A stretch of 64,000 bases of DNA from Prevotellaceae bacterium UBA4332 (GCA_002394365.1 DGTQ01000017.1:188-64187); one strand, 5' to 3'; positions 45,790 to 57,079 are shown, numbered from the stretch's first letter. Program-made: numbers and translations. The notes: generated from the letters alone by a model not told the origin.

Positions 45790-48700
45790 TTACTTTACGA
45801 ACAGCTTGCTGCTGTAGTCGCCTGCCACGGTGCGCACTGCATATACCAAGCCGGAAGGCACGTGGATGGTGACGCTGCTGTTTCGCTTCAGGTCGAATGC
45901 CTTGACGAGAGCGCCGCCCACTCCATATACGAGTACCACACGTGGCTCATCAATGGTTGACTTAGCCGTAATGGTGCCTACGCCTGAGGTGAAGGTAATC
46001 TTGCCGTCGGCATCATCCTCCGCATCACCCTTAGGCGTGATGTTCGGCTTATCGTCCTGCTCAGGTGTCACATCCGGCTTTTCCTCAGCCTCGGAGAATA
46101 TGATGTTCATAGAGTTCTGACCACCAGTCCTTACGAAGTAAGCACGGAACGGCAGGAGTTGTGTTGCATCGCCTTCGGCAGGCACCTTCACATACTTGCT
46201 GCCGTCAGACTTCATTACGTAGATGTCAGAACCAGCAGCGATATCTTCATTCAGATAGTTAGGTTTGAAGGTGTAGGTGTAGGTGTAGTTGCCCTGCGTG
46301 CTGCTCTGCGTCACGCCTGTCATGTCGGCATCACTCGCATTGATGGTAGCACCCATGACAGAAGCGAAGGTGACAACCTGACGCTCGAAGCCTGAAGGCA
46401 GCTTAGGAGCCTTCCACTCGCCGCTGAGGTCAAACTCATAGAACTCCTTGCCAGGGAAGCCTATAATATAAGGTGTAGCTCCAAGCTGCTGTGGATAGCC
46501 TTCGTATGTGACATCTATATCCTTGTAATACTTGTTCTGTCCCTCACCATCCAGTTTATCAAGGTGCTGATGCAGATAATCCCAGAGGAAGCTGTTGATG
46601 TAATGCTTATTATCAAAGCCGTCATCACTGGCATCTCCCTTGGCGAGGCTGCTGAAGGTAGCCTCCATGGTGGATGACTTGTCAGTACTCTTAGCTATGG
46701 CCGTGTATTTGCGCAACCAGTATTCATGACCTACCCTGCCCTTTTCATTGCCGGTATAGAAGTGGGTCAGCTCACCCTTCTGCTGGGTAGTTACCATATC
46801 CACGGTGAATGGCAGGCTTATTGACTCCCATCCAGTGTTCAGTCCCGCGTAGGTATCAGGTATGCGCTGATGCCACATACGTGAAGAACCATCGAAGGTA
46901 TATCCTATTGGTGCATAGAAGTCATTGCAGTCAACGAGGAAGTGGTCGTAGGTTGCCTTATAAACACCTTCTGCATTCCTCTGTACCCAGTGAGCCATTA
47001 CCTGTGACTCGTCCTTTGGTGCCACGGTGCCGTATTTGCCATCGGTCTCAGCGTAGCGCGTCTCCTCCAACGCAAGAGATACGGCGTGTCCAGTCTTGCC
47101 TGCTACAGTTGCCTCATCACCAGTTTCTGGTGCCTCGGTGTATGCAAGCAGGTTCTTCGTCAGACCGAAGTTCTTGAAGTTGGTAAGTGCCGTCTCGGCA
47201 TCAAGCAGCGGTGCGAAGAAATTAGCGTTAGGACTGTCGTTGTTGTTAACGTATGCCTTGGCTTCGCCAGTAGAGCCGTCGAACACATCGTTATAGCCTG
47301 TGAAGTCTATAGCCGTCATGCCGTTGTGAACCAAGGTATTCTCGTCGCCGTTCTTATGCTTAGCAAAGACAGCGTACGGGTTGAAGAACGCCTTGCTCAT
47401 CACGCTGCTACGGAAGTAAGCCGGAGCACGGAGCACACGGTTACCTGTCAAGCCTGTCTCGATGTAGTCGCCGTCCTTAACTAATGGTGACGGTACATCC
47501 TGATGCTCTGCACCAACCACGTAGCCGTAGTTCAGCGCCTGTCCGAAGAAGATGTAATCATCTGGGTAGAGAGGTACATATTTGCCTTCTGTTCTATTCA
47601 GACGTACATCGTCTTCCTCTGGTATCTCACCATCGGCATAGATGAAGTCAACGTTTCCATATCTGCTGTTGACGTAGGCAGTGTCGGTGATTGCCGTCTG
47701 TCCTCCCCTGTTAAGGTTGTAACGCTTTTGCAGGTAGAAGCGGTTGAGGTTGTAAGCCACCTCACCGTTGTAGAACTGCGTAGCAGTAGCAGCAACACGT
47801 GAACCACCTGGGGTGCCTGCTGCCCCTGCAGAGAGGTAGTAAGAGTTTCTCAACTGACTTTGGTTGTCAGGGCTACTGATAATCGGGTTAGTTATCTCCA
47901 CACCAGTAGTATCCTTAACCCAGCAGTTCTCTGCCATGCCATCGCCGCTGTTGGCTATGCCACCAGTGGTGAACGCACCCATTGCACCGAGGTTATAGAC
48001 ATTGCCGCAGAGCTTGTCGAACAGTGAGCCTGTAAGTCCGCTCACGTAGTGGCCGTCACCATGCACGTTGCCTCCGAAGCACGTCTCCTCTCCGCTGCCT
48101 ATTGGCATCCACGGCGTAGAGCCTACAGCGAGGTTGGTGCGCAGGATGAAGTCGAGGTCGTCGGCTCCTCTCACGGTTGAGCTGTTGAGCAGCTTGTGGC
48201 CCTTGAACTTGTGTCCCGCAGTGGTTATTGAGTCACCGTCAACGGTTATGCCTGCCGTACTGCTGCTGATGAGGCTCAGGTCATAGAGGTCCTTCAGCAG
48301 GTCGAGACCGTTCTCGCCGTCAGCCGTGTAGTCATTGATATAAACCTTTGGTATGCGCTTGCCAGAAAGGTGAGCGTCCTTATGGTCTATGTAGTAGTGG
48401 TGCGTCTTAGCATCCATCACCTTCTTCAGGTCGTGGTAGTTTGCCACGCTGAACTGCACAGGGTTAGAATATGTCTTGCCTAAGTAGCTCTTAGCGTAGT
48501 AAGCCACATAGTAACCGTCCTGATAGTAGTACATAGGCGTGGAGTTGTTTACATACTCCTGACCGTTTGTGTGATGTTCAGCATTATACTTGCTGTCGAA
48601 TATCTCCCATCCGCCACCGATGAGCTCGTAAGCACCCGGCGTTACTCTTGGCTGGTTCATGCCCACCGTAGTGCCAGGCAGCACGGTGGTTGGTGCCATG

Positions 48701-51700
48701 AGGCGGTCAATGATAGGTGCACCGCTCTCAAAGTCTAAGTGAATGTTGACGATGTGCATCTCGTTGACAGGTGTCACGTCGCCATTATCATCACTCTCGT
48801 TATAGGTGTACTGGTAGATAACGGTGATTACCTTATCCTTGGAGAGGTCCCTGATGTCACTCTCACGGCTAACGTAGAGCGTGGTGGTCTCCGTAGGCTC
48901 GTTGCCCTTGATTACAAAGTCCTTCTGGTCGTTTGTCAAATTGCTATAGTCATCATGGTTTATAACCCATCCGGCAATTACATCACTGCTAGGCCCACTT
49001 GTGGCTTCGCTGCCTATCACGCCGGAGCCATTCTTCCTGTTGGTTACTGAGTGAGTGCCGGTATAACCTGTATGACAGTAGTAGTAGGTTACAGCAGCAG
49101 AGGTACTGTTGCTAACCGTTACCTTAGACACCTTAGCCTGATCCTCAGACGGGAGTGCAAGATAGGTACTTGTCGGGATTATCTGTCCCTTGGTATATAC
49201 CATGCTGCCGAGACTGACGGGGTCATCACTCGTCACGATGTAGATGTCTTCACTTCCCACCATGTTGGCAGGCACTACTATCGGTGTGTAGTTAGCCTTC
49301 TCGTTGGTAAGTGCCTCATACTGTAAGCGTGTAAGCTGTGTATCTGTCGTTATGTTTGATAATGCCGGATCTACATAAGAAGCATTAAGTGGGTGTTCTG
49401 CGTCGCCCTTGTATATAGCCACATACTCCACATTCTGCTCCTGGTTATATGGAGCACCATAGGCGGACTTGCCTGGGTATGTCTTATCTATGAGCACGTC
49501 GAAGGCATCATAGTTGAACCTAAATTCGTTCTTGTCACGGTCGTCAGAGGTAAGCGAAGCCCATCCCTCAAGCGCGCTGTACTTTTCACTACTGCTGTAG
49601 CTCTTGCCGCCATAGAGTCCCTCAGAGGAACATATATATGCATCGGTAAATGAGTTGCCTATCTCTGTAGCCATAGCACCAAACTCACTCTTCAGGACAT
49701 CGATGCTGTCATTGGTGAACAGGTCGCCATATACCAGATATGTCTCGTCATTAAGCCTCAGCGTGCTTATACACATCTGGGCAGCCGCAAACTTAGCATG
49801 TGCTGATGGAGCCTGAGTTGCGAGAGCATCATATTCAGTCTTCGGAATAGCCGTACCCTTGCTGACGCTCTTGCTTACATCGTTATATGTATAGGTAACA
49901 GCCTCCTTTGCCACGTATGCAGGCTCTACTACAGCCTGTCCGTCGGGTTTTTCTGCTATCTTATTATATTCGGTCACCACGTCAGATGTTATAATCTCAC
50001 CCACGCTATAGTTACGCTGACCATATACACCGCCAACAGTGCTATAAGTTGGACCTGGAACATAATTTGCCTGAACAGTCTCCGGCTTAATGTATGTCAA
50101 GGAGTCAATCTTATCGCCTCCCGTCTTAGATGAATACCATCTGCTCCATGCCGGCGGTGTATCCATCTTGAAGTCGAGCACGTAGCCTGTATTGTGGCTG
50201 ATGTTGTTAGACAGGTGAACGTCTTCGTTTCCGCTGTCATCATCCAGCCTTACCTCGCCTGTATTTATGTTAACATAAGTAGTGTCAACGAAGAGAGCCT
50301 GCTCGTCTGCCGGCAACTGACTCCAGTCCCAGTAGGTTATTACGTCGTTGAGCTTATACGTTACGCTGTTATTGCTAACCTTTACTTCCTCGTTACTGCC
50401 GAGAGGCTCTCCGCTCTTGTTATAGTAAGCATACTTGTTAGGCTTTACGTCAAGCAGCTGCAGCTTGCCGTGTGAGCCTGCCGTGATGGTGAGCGGTATG
50501 TGCTTTGACCTGCTGTAAGCCGTTGGCGCACCCGTGTAGGCAGAGATTACCTGGTCATAGATGTATATTGAGCCCTTGACATACCAGTAGTGAGCCTCAG
50601 AGAAGTCCGCCTTAGTATGGTCATACTCAAGGTTGTTAGGATAACAGTCGTCGATAATGGTTTTCGCCTTACCGTGTATGAAATTACCTGATGTCTGGAT
50701 ATACTCAAGTTCGGACTCGTCATACCTATACATCTTATATGTACGCAAGCCTCCGTCAGTGTCGCCTGGTTTTGGCCTGTTAAAATCAGACAGTCTCACC
50801 CTCTTGTAGTCCACATCATAACGCTTTCCGTGCTCGTTCTTGGCATACACGTAGCCACCGCCAATGGCATCAGCCTTGGCGTTGATAAGGTCGAGCTCCA
50901 CCACACCAGTGATGTAGCCATACTCCTTGCCACTCTTTGTCACCGCGCCTGTAGGCTCGTTAACCAGTTCGAGGAACACGCCAGAGGCGAGTGCCACCTG
51001 GTTATGACACGTAGCAGTATTACGCTTACGGCTGTTTGGGTTGTCTGCCTTCCAGTCGTGGTAAGTGGTTTTGCCGTCGGCATCTCCAGAGTCTGTCTCA
51101 CGAGTGTCGGTCATCAGCACGTCACTGGTGAGGTTGCCCAGATAGTTCACCACGCTGTATATGCCGAAGTAGTTGCCGTGCTCCTTGTTGAGTTCATCCG
51201 TCTCGCCTGCTGGTGACACTACTTTCTTCAGTGAGAGCTCACCCACACGGTTGATGGTGTAGTTGGTATTGTCCTGCACCTCCGTCACACGGTCTCGTGC
51301 TCCCTGGAGCACCATACGGCTTCCGAACACGCCCACGAGGTCTGCACGCTGCAGGGTGTTGAGCAGTCTGCCTGAATAGATAGAGCAGACACCGTCCTCT
51401 GTCCAGTATGTACTGTTCTGATAGTCTGAATACAGTTCCTTATATTCATCCTCATATATTTGCTGACCTTCATTATATCCCCTGTAGGTCACACCATCTA
51501 TGGTTCGGGAAGGTACGTTCTGCCTACATGTATAGCGCAGGCGGAAGTAAGCACGCTCACGGTCGGTAAGGTCGTTATCATATTGTTCCTTAGTGACTGT
51601 GGATGTCAGGTTATAATAGTCGGTGCCGTAGTTGGAGATATGCAGCTCGCGGTAGCCATCAACCAGTGAGAGGTTGCCGCCGCCGTACAGACCGCCAGTG

Positions 51701-54700
51701 TGCTCGGTGCCTATGGTGATGAGGTCGCGGCGATAAACGTCGCGCAGGGATGCCGTCACGTTGCCGAACACGGTCTTGGTGTTGGCATACACCTTATCAG
51801 AGCCGTCAGCCACGTTGCCGCCTCCGAATACGGCGTTGTGGATAATGATACCCTTGTCGTCGAGGGCATTCCACTTAGCACCGTCGGTAGCATCGTTCTT
51901 GCCCTTGAGCTTGTTCAGGTCCTCCAGAGGCACATATTGATACTGTGTATAGGTATTACCACCGATAGTAACTTTCTGACCTGCCTTTACCTGAGCCTTA
52001 GCCTCTACCACCACCTTACAGTCTTCGGTCCATTTATCATCTGTCTTAGTGCCGTCCTCAGTGTAATAATAGTGGTTAGGTGATGGCCTGTAATCAGCAT
52101 CTTCACATTTCTCACCCTTTCCATACACATAGCCGAGGTCGCCGCCGCCGAATACGTTGCCGTAGCCCTCAGTGTAGTTGGTCGCCGTGCCTACCTCGCC
52201 GCCATATATGTAAGCTTCGGTCTGTCCGAAGACGTAGCCGTCGGTGTAGAGCGTACCTACACGACCGAGGTTGTCGTAGCCCTTGCCGCCTGCAAACACG
52301 TCGCGCAGCACGTGACCGTTATACATTTCTATGTGGGTCTTGCCGAGCTTGAGGTTGCTTCTTAGGGTGCGCTCACTGTTCTGGTAGCCGCCAACCGTTA
52401 CGTCGCCACGGCCTATGGCAGCAATCTCGCCGCCACCGAAGAGACTGTTACGGATTTTGCCGTTCCACATCTTTACATTAGTCTTGTCAACGCTACTATT
52501 GTCGATGTAACCACCGCCAAATACATTGCCACTGCCATAAAGGCGATTAGCACCTACGTGGTCTGTCCAAGTCTCGTCGTGCAACTTCTCCTGATACCAG
52601 CCATGAACTTCAGCATCATTGTTAGGATCATAGGCAGGATTACGATAAATATCAACCTCGTAAGCAGGAACTTTCTCTATGCCTGCAGGCGGAGTTGTGG
52701 GTTTATCCTCTAAATACACATAGCCTATGTAGCCGTTGTTGAGCGTCACGTTGCTGGTGCCATACACGGCACCGCCCTCGCCACCGCCATAGACGTTACG
52801 CTGTATGGCTGGCACGCCAACAAGGTAGCCATAGCCCGTTGGCAGGGTTGCCTGATCCTTGCGGATGCCTATGATGACATGGGTCTCGCCGAGGATGTCA
52901 CCCTCGGTTGTGGCATCAATGCCACCGTTATGGTGACCCACGCTGCCCTTCCAGCCGCCGCCATAGACATTACGCACGGTACCACCCTCTATGTATGCCG
53001 TAGCAGAGGCTATGAAGCCGCCGCCGATATTGAGGGAGTCCTTGACGGAACCTGTGGTGCCAGCGGCATAGAGGTCTTTCTTCACCGTGCCGCCGAGCAG
53101 GTCAATGTATGTGGTGCCATAGACGTTGCCACTGTTGGCTACATCATTGTAGCCCAGTCCACCGCCATAGCAGTAGCCGCCCACATAGGCGCCCTGCTTG
53201 ATGTGTACGTTGGTGTTGTATTTCTCTGGTCGTGAAGACTCGCGCTCATGCAGCTTGTTGCCGAGGGCGAGGTTGTCGGTGAGCCCGTTGTCGGTATAGC
53301 CTTCTGGCAAGTCAACATAGAGATTGGTCTTGGTGGTCTTCCACTTTGTCACGGTCTCCTTGTTGATAACCATACCCATCTCTCCACCGCCGTAAGCCTC
53401 ATAGACATTGGCACCGCTTTCGAGGTTCACCTCGGTATATTGTGACCATGTGTCTCTACCATAGCCTGCGCCATAGACGGTAGCCTGATAGCCTTTCTCC
53501 TTGTTAGACCATACATTGCTGCGGATGTTCACCTTGCCGTAGAAGGTGCGGCGCGCGTTGTTGTTGCCGCCATAGACGGCGTGGCGCACGATGGCATCGT
53601 TGCTGCGGTAGTCAACGTTCGCCTCGAATGCATCGCAAGGTCGGTCGTTGGCACTACGTGTTCCGTAAGCGCCGCCGAAGATACTGTTTGTAACAATGGT
53701 AGAGCCATCGGGCACGTTGACGAGCGTGCGACGGGTAATGCCCTCATGGTAGCTTGCGCCATAGACAGCATCCACCTCGCCAGCCATGAGGTCGATAACG
53801 GCTGTGGCCAACTTAGGATCTGCATCTGAAGCACTCCTCGTTATGCCCATGCCTAAACCGTTGAAGGAACCTGCGCCAAACACCTTGAGGCTTCTGAGCT
53901 TATCATAAGCGTCGGGTATGTCGATAAGCACATAGCTGCGGTCTTGCATCATGTCGCCAATGTGCGCCTTAGCGGCACTATCAGAACTGCCCTCACTGCC
54001 CAAGCCTGCTCCATACACGGCATCTACCCTACTGTCGTTGTTACGCTCTGGGCGAATGTGCACGAAAGCATTGTTGAGGTAAGGCTTATTGACTTCCTTG
54101 GTCTCGCTGCTGTTAAGGAGAAGGGCAAGCACGGTTGACTTATAACCGCCCGCACCGTCGGAGATTCTCTCGTAGTTGTAGCCGCCGTATGCTCCGCCGA
54201 ATATCTCGCCTACGTGTCCCTGCAGATACTCCACGTATGATGATGCCGTAGCCGCAGAACCGCTGTCGAACATCTTGGAGCGCAAGTCTGAGCGCACCCT
54301 TTCCTTGAAGTCGGCACTGCCCTGGATGTTGCCGCCGAGGTCGTTGCCGCCATATACATCATCTATAATATATGGGAAGCCGCCACTGCCTATGATGGTC
54401 TCTGCGTGTCCGAGTATGTCGGCATTTGCAGCACCTCCAAAGGTGGAGTTGACGCGACCGTTGCCAAGAGTAACGTGGGTGTCGCCAGCCACAAGTCCTT
54501 CGAAGCCGCCGCCATAAAGGTACTCAGCTTCAGTCATACCACCTGTTGCGGCACCCTTCACGTTGCCCACGAGGTTGACGTGGGTGCTGTAGTTTGGGTT
54601 ATAGGAGTAGCTGCCTGCCACGTTCTTGCCTATGGCACCCTTCTCACCGCCACCATAGACGTTGAAGTGGTAGCCGTTCCTGACATTGATGGTAGTGGAA

Positions 54701-57012
54701 CCCCATACCTCGGAGTTCTCACCATAGCCGCCGCCGAAGATAGCCATAGAGGTGAAAAGAAGCTCGTCACGCTGTATCGCTGGGTCAACGCCTGATGCTC
54801 CCGTGCCGAACACCTCGGTTGTATCTACCGTGCTCTGGTTGAGGTTAATAAGGATATCGCCGTTGACATAGCCGCTGTTGTAGCATCCGCCATAGACGTT
54901 GGCACCCATCAGACGGCGCGCCTCGCCATCCTTGCCGTTGGTGTTCCAATCAAGACCGTTCTTAGCGTCATTAAGCTTACCAGGCTTGAGTTTCAAGCCC
55001 TCGAAATCCATGCGAATCTTAGGATTGCCTGCCGTGGGAGCCTCGGTAACGCCGCCCATATGCTCGGCATTGTATGTTGTGGCAGCTACGTAGGCATCGT
55101 TACATCCGCCTACAAACTTCTTATATATAATAATGGAATTAAGCTCATCCATGGTGAAGGTGCCCGGAGCCGTCATGCTGCCCACATTGCCACCAAGGAA
55201 GAATGAGCCTACATAGGTAGAGAAAGACTCATAGTCGACAGGGTCGCCCTTAGCCTTGGAGTCGAACACCACCTGAGGCACCAGCGGCATGGCAGCACCC
55301 TGCATATATGCAGCGAACTGGTCGGCATCAAGGAGGTTGATGGAGCTGAAAGGCGAGCTATCACCAGAGAGGTCGATGCGCTTCATGGTGCGAAGCACGC
55401 CCTCCACGGCACCCGTGACGGAATTGCCCGCTTCATCCTTGTCAGCCTCGTTATAGCGTATCATGTTGCGGCCGTTATTGCCCAGGAACGCATTTTCGAC
55501 TATAACGCGGGAGCCTATCTTCAGCTCCACTATGGGGTTAGCCTTGGTGGTCTTGAGCGACGCGCTGTTGCCTCCGCAATATACTGAACCCTTGATGATG
55601 GTAGGCTTATTATGGTCAGGCGAGTAGAGACGCAGGGACACCTGCTCGGCATTAGGACGGAAGTCGTTGAGCGCCTGAACGGAGGTCTTGCCCGCAGGGA
55701 TGGTGTAATAGAAGTCGCCGTAGGTCTCGTTGTCAGCAAGGGCTGGGTTGTCGGTATAGGCGTAGGAGCCATTGCCACCGCCATACACGTCGCCATTCAC
55801 GCTGGCATAGATACCTATGGCACTGCCGCCATAGACCCTGCCAGTGATGTCGTTGCCGCCATACACATTATTTATATCGCCCCCGCGCACGAGCACGCGA
55901 GCAGAAAGTCCCTTCGGGAACTTATAGCCCGGAAGATTATCCGCTGGGGTATAGACACCGTTGACGGTTGGCATGACATCTGCCATGCGGCAACCGCCAT
56001 AGAGGTTATCGACCTTGATGTTGGAAGCGGCAGGTATCTCGAGCAGTATGCCCGTGGAGGCGGTCATGTTGCCTCGGTTGCCTCCGCTGTAGAGGTTGCG
56101 TATGCGACCCCGCCTGAGGTTCCATGTAGGGACGATGTCCATGTCAGCCTTGTTGTTGCCGCCAAAGAAGCGGTCGAACTGGTACTCGGACAGACTCGGG
56201 TCTGAGTATGCGAGGTTTATGCCCATGTTGTCGTGCAGACGCGCATCGGTGAGCAGTTCGTTGCCTCCTGCGTCTGTCACGCTCGTTACCACGTTGCTGA
56301 TGTTGTCGAAGTTGATGACGGTCTTCTCAGTCACCGTCACGTTATTGCCGCCGCCGTAGCCGTATGCCACGGTGCCGCCGAGCACCTCGAGGTAAGCCTT
56401 AGCCACCTCGGGCTTATTGACATCCACAAGGGTGGTGTCGCCGATGGTCACATCATAGAGTTCGTTAGCCTTCTTAGCAGAATAGGCATAGTCGCCGTTG
56501 CCGCCGCCGTAGAGCTGACCCATAAACACCTTGGGGGCATCAAGAGGAGCGATGGTGTCACCCTCGACAATCTGGGTCTTGGTGGATATGCGCACATAGG
56601 TATTCCACGTGCTGTCAACTTTGTTTTCAGACGCCTGTGTGAGCACGCTGGGCACCGTAGCCTCTTCAGAGAGAGCCGACGGCGAACCTATGTTACCTGA
56701 AATATCGTTTCCACCATAAACTTTGTCGATGACGATATAGGAGGAGGCGTTCTCGCCGTCGATATTGACGAGGGCACCGCCCGTGATGTCAGCCTGGCGC
56801 GCTCCGCCAAACACCTGATGAATGCTGCCACCATAGACATTGACGGCGGTGTTGCCGCCTGTATCACCGTGATTGCCTCCACCATATACACTGCCGCCGA
56901 TGCTGATAGCAGGCTGCGCACTGACTCTGGTTGGCGCAACCAACATCAACACTATTGCTAAAATACTTAATGTCAGCTTGACATAATTATGTCTATTCAA
57001 TGTTCCTTTCAT
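45790..57012 (-). CDS. Giant secreted repeat protein (3740 aa): N-terminal (V/I/F)YGGG beta-solenoid, GLUG-like region, T9SS-type C-terminal domain
   Basis: Signal peptide ending VSA; about 35-40 xxV(Y/F)GGG repeats over the first ~1800 aa; WMPIG...FGGNVHGDGHYVSGL; C-terminus VLVYGVGGALVK...IHVPSGLVYAV...KLFVK. Confidence 0.82.
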   Translation of the reverse strand: MKGTLNRHNYVKLTLSILAIVLMLVAPTRVSAQPAISIGGSVYGGGNHGDTGGNTAVNVYGGSIHQVFGGARQADITGGALVNIDGENASSYIVIDKVYGGNDISGNIGSPSALSEEATVPSVLTQASENKVDSTWNTYVRISTKTQIVEGDTIAPLDAPKVFMGQLYGGGNGDYAYSAKKANELYDVTIGDTTLVDVNKPEVAKAYLEVLGGTVAYGYGGGNNVTVTEKTVINFDNISNVVTSVTDAGGNELLTDARLHDNMGINLAYSDPSLSEYQFDRFFGGNNKADMDIVPTWNLRRGRIRNLYSGGNRGNMTASTGILLEIPAASNIKVDNLYGGCRMADVMPTVNGVYTPADNLPGYKFPKGLSARVLVRGGDINNVYGGNDITGRVYGGSAIGIYASVNGDVYGGGNGSYAYTDNPALADNETYGDFYYTIPAGKTSVQALNDFRPNAEQVSLRLYSPDHNKPTIIKGSVYCGGNSASLKTTKANPIVELKIGSRVIVENAFLGNNGRNMIRYNEADKDEAGNSVTGAVEGVLRTMKRIDLSGDSSPFSSINLLDADQFAAYMQGAAMPLVPQVVFDSKAKGDPVDYESFSTYVGSFFLGGNVGSMTAPGTFTMDELNSIIIYKKFVGGCNDAYVAATTYNAEHMGGVTEAPTAGNPKIRMDFEGLKLKPGKLNDAKNGLDWNTNGKDGEARRLMGANVYGGCYNSGYVNGDILINLNQSTVDTTEVFGTGASGVDPAIQRDELLFTSMAIFGGGYGENSEVWGSTTINVRNGYHFNVYGGGEKGAIGKNVAGSYSYNPNYSTHVNLVGNVKGAATGGMTEAEYLYGGGFEGLVAGDTHVTLGNGRVNSTFGGAANADILGHAETIIGSGGFPYIIDDVYGGNDLGGNIQGSADFKERVRSDLRSKMFDSGSAATASSYVEYLQGHVGEIFGGAYGGYNYERISDGAGGYKSTVLALLLNSSETKEVNKPYLNNAFVHIRPERNNDSRVDAVYGAGLGSEGSSDSAAKAHIGDMMQDRSYVLIDIPDAYDKLRSLKVFGAGSFNGLGMGITRSASDADPKLATAVIDLMAGEVDAVYGASYHEGITRRTLVNVPDGSTIVTNSIFGGAYGTRSANDRPCDAFEANVDYRSNDAIVRHAVYGGNNNARRTFYGKVNIRSNVWSNKEKGYQATVYGAGYGRDTWSQYTEVNLESGANVYEAYGGGEMGMVINKETVTKWKTTKTNLYVDLPEGYTDNGLTDNLALGNKLHERESSRPEKYNTNVHIKQGAYVGGYCYGGGLGYNDVANSGNVYGTTYIDLLGGTVKKDLYAAGTTGSVKDSLNIGGGFIASATAYIEGGTVRNVYGGGWKGSVGHHNGGIDATTEGDILGETHVIIGIRKDQATLPTGYGYLVGVPAIQRNVYGGGEGGAVYGTSNVTLNNGYIGYVYLEDKPTTPPAGIEKVPAYEVDIYRNPAYDPNNDAEVHGWYQEKLHDETWTDHVGANRLYGSGNVFGGGYIDNSSVDKTNVKMWNGKIRNSLFGGGEIAAIGRGDVTVGGYQNSERTLRSNLKLGKTHIEMYNGHVLRDVFAGGKGYDNLGRVGTLYTDGYVFGQTEAYIYGGEVGTATNYTEGYGNVFGGGDLGYVYGKGEKCEDADYRPSPNHYYYTEDGTKTDDKWTEDCKVVVEAKAQVKAGQKVTIGGNTYTQYQYVPLEDLNKLKGKNDATDGAKWNALDDKGIIIHNAVFGGGNVADGSDKVYANTKTVFGNVTASLRDVYRRDLITIGTEHTGGLYGGGNLSLVDGYRELHISNYGTDYYNLTSTVTKEQYDNDLTDRERAYFRLRYTCRQNVPSRTIDGVTYRGYNEGQQIYEDEYKELYSDYQNSTYWTEDGVCSIYSGRLLNTLQRADLVGVFGSRMVLQGARDRVTEVQDNTNYTINRVGELSLKKVVSPAGETDELNKEHGNYFGIYSVVNYLGNLTSDVLMTDTRETDSGDADGKTTYHDWKADNPNSRKRNTATCHNQVALASGVFLELVNEPTGAVTKSGKEYGYITGVVELDLINAKADAIGGGYVYAKNEHGKRYDVDYKRVRLSDFNRPKPGDTDGGLRTYKMYRYDESELEYIQTSGNFIHGKAKTIIDDCYPNNLEYDHTKADFSEAHYWYVKGSIYIYDQVISAYTGAPTAYSRSKHIPLTITAGSHGKLQLLDVKPNKYAYYNKSGEPLGSNEEVKVSNNSVTYKLNDVITYWDWSQLPADEQALFVDTTYVNINTGEVRLDDDSGNEDVHLSNNISHNTGYVLDFKMDTPPAWSRWYSSKTGGDKIDSLTYIKPETVQANYVPGPTYSTVGGVYGQRNYSVGEIITSDVVTEYNKIAEKPDGQAVVEPAYVAKEAVTYTYNDVSKSVSKGTAIPKTEYDALATQAPSAHAKFAAAQMCISTLRLNDETYLVYGDLFTNDSIDVLKSEFGAMATEIGNSFTDAYICSSEGLYGGKSYSSSEKYSALEGWASLTSDDRDKNEFRFNYDAFDVLIDKTYPGKSAYGAPYNQEQNVEYVAIYKGDAEHPLNASYVDPALSNITTDTQLTRLQYEALTNEKANYTPIVVPANMVGSEDIYIVTSDDPVSLGSMVYTKGQIIPTSTYLALPSEDQAKVSKVTVSNSTSAAVTYYYCHTGYTGTHSVTNRKNGSGVIGSEATSGPSSDVIAGWVINHDDYSNLTNDQKDFVIKGNEPTETTTLYVSRESDIRDLSKDKVITVIYQYTYNESDDNGDVTPVNEMHIVNIHLDFESGAPIIDRLMAPTTVLPGTTVGMNQPRVTPGAYELIGGGWEIFDSKYNAEHHTNGQEYVNNSTPMYYYQDGYYVAYYAKSYLGKTYSNPVQFSVANYHDLKKVMDAKTHHYYIDHKDAHLSGKRIPKVYINDYTADGENGLDLLKDLYDLSLISSSTAGITVDGDSITTAGHKFKGHKLLNSSTVRGADDLDFILRTNLAVGSTPWMPIGSGEETCFGGNVHGDGHYVSGLTGSLFDKLCGNVYNLGAMGAFTTGGIANSGDGMAENCWVKDTTGVEITNPIISSPDNQSQLRNSYYLSAGAAGTPGGSRVAATATQFYNGEVAYNLNRFYLQKRYNLNRGGQTAITDTAYVNSRYGNVDFIYADGEIPEEDDVRLNRTEGKYVPLYPDDYIFFGQALNYGYVVGAEHQDVPSPLVKDGDYIETGLTGNRVLRAPAYFRSSVMSKAFFNPYAVFAKHKNGDENTLVHNGMTAIDFTGYNDVFDGSTGEAKAYVNNNDSPNANFFAPLLDAETALTNFKNFGLTKNLLAYTEAPETGDEATVAGKTGHAVSLALEETRYAETDGKYGTVAPKDESQVMAHWVQRNAEGVYKATYDHFLVDCNDFYAPIGYTFDGSSRMWHQRIPDTYAGLNTGWESISLPFTVDMVTTQQKGELTHFYTGNEKGRVGHEYWLRKYTAIAKSTDKSSTMEATFSSLAKGDASDDGFDNKHYINSFLWDYLHQHLDKLDGEGQNKYYKDIDVTYEGYPQQLGATPYIIGFPGKEFYEFDLSGEWKAPKLPSGFERQVVTFASVMGATINASDADMTGVTQSSTQGNYTYTYTFKPNYLNEDIAAGSDIYVMKSDGSKYVKVPAEGDATQLLPFRAYFVRTGGQNSMNIIFSEAEEKPDVTPEQDDKPNITPKGDAEDDADGKITFTSGVGTITAKSTIDEPRVVLVYGVGGALVKAFDLKRNSSVTIHVPSGLVYAVRTVAGDYSSKLFVK

Positions 57013-57047
57013 GATTTATAATTGTACGCGCGTAAGGTGCTACGGTG

Positions 57048-57079
57048 CAAAGTTACAACTTTTTAACACAATCTCCAAA
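57048..57079 (-). promoter_or_regulatory. Sigma-A promoter for the giant-protein pair
   Basis: GTTTGGAGATT...TAACTTTG with 20-bp spacer; same extended -33 as 22382-22413. Confidence 0.8.
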
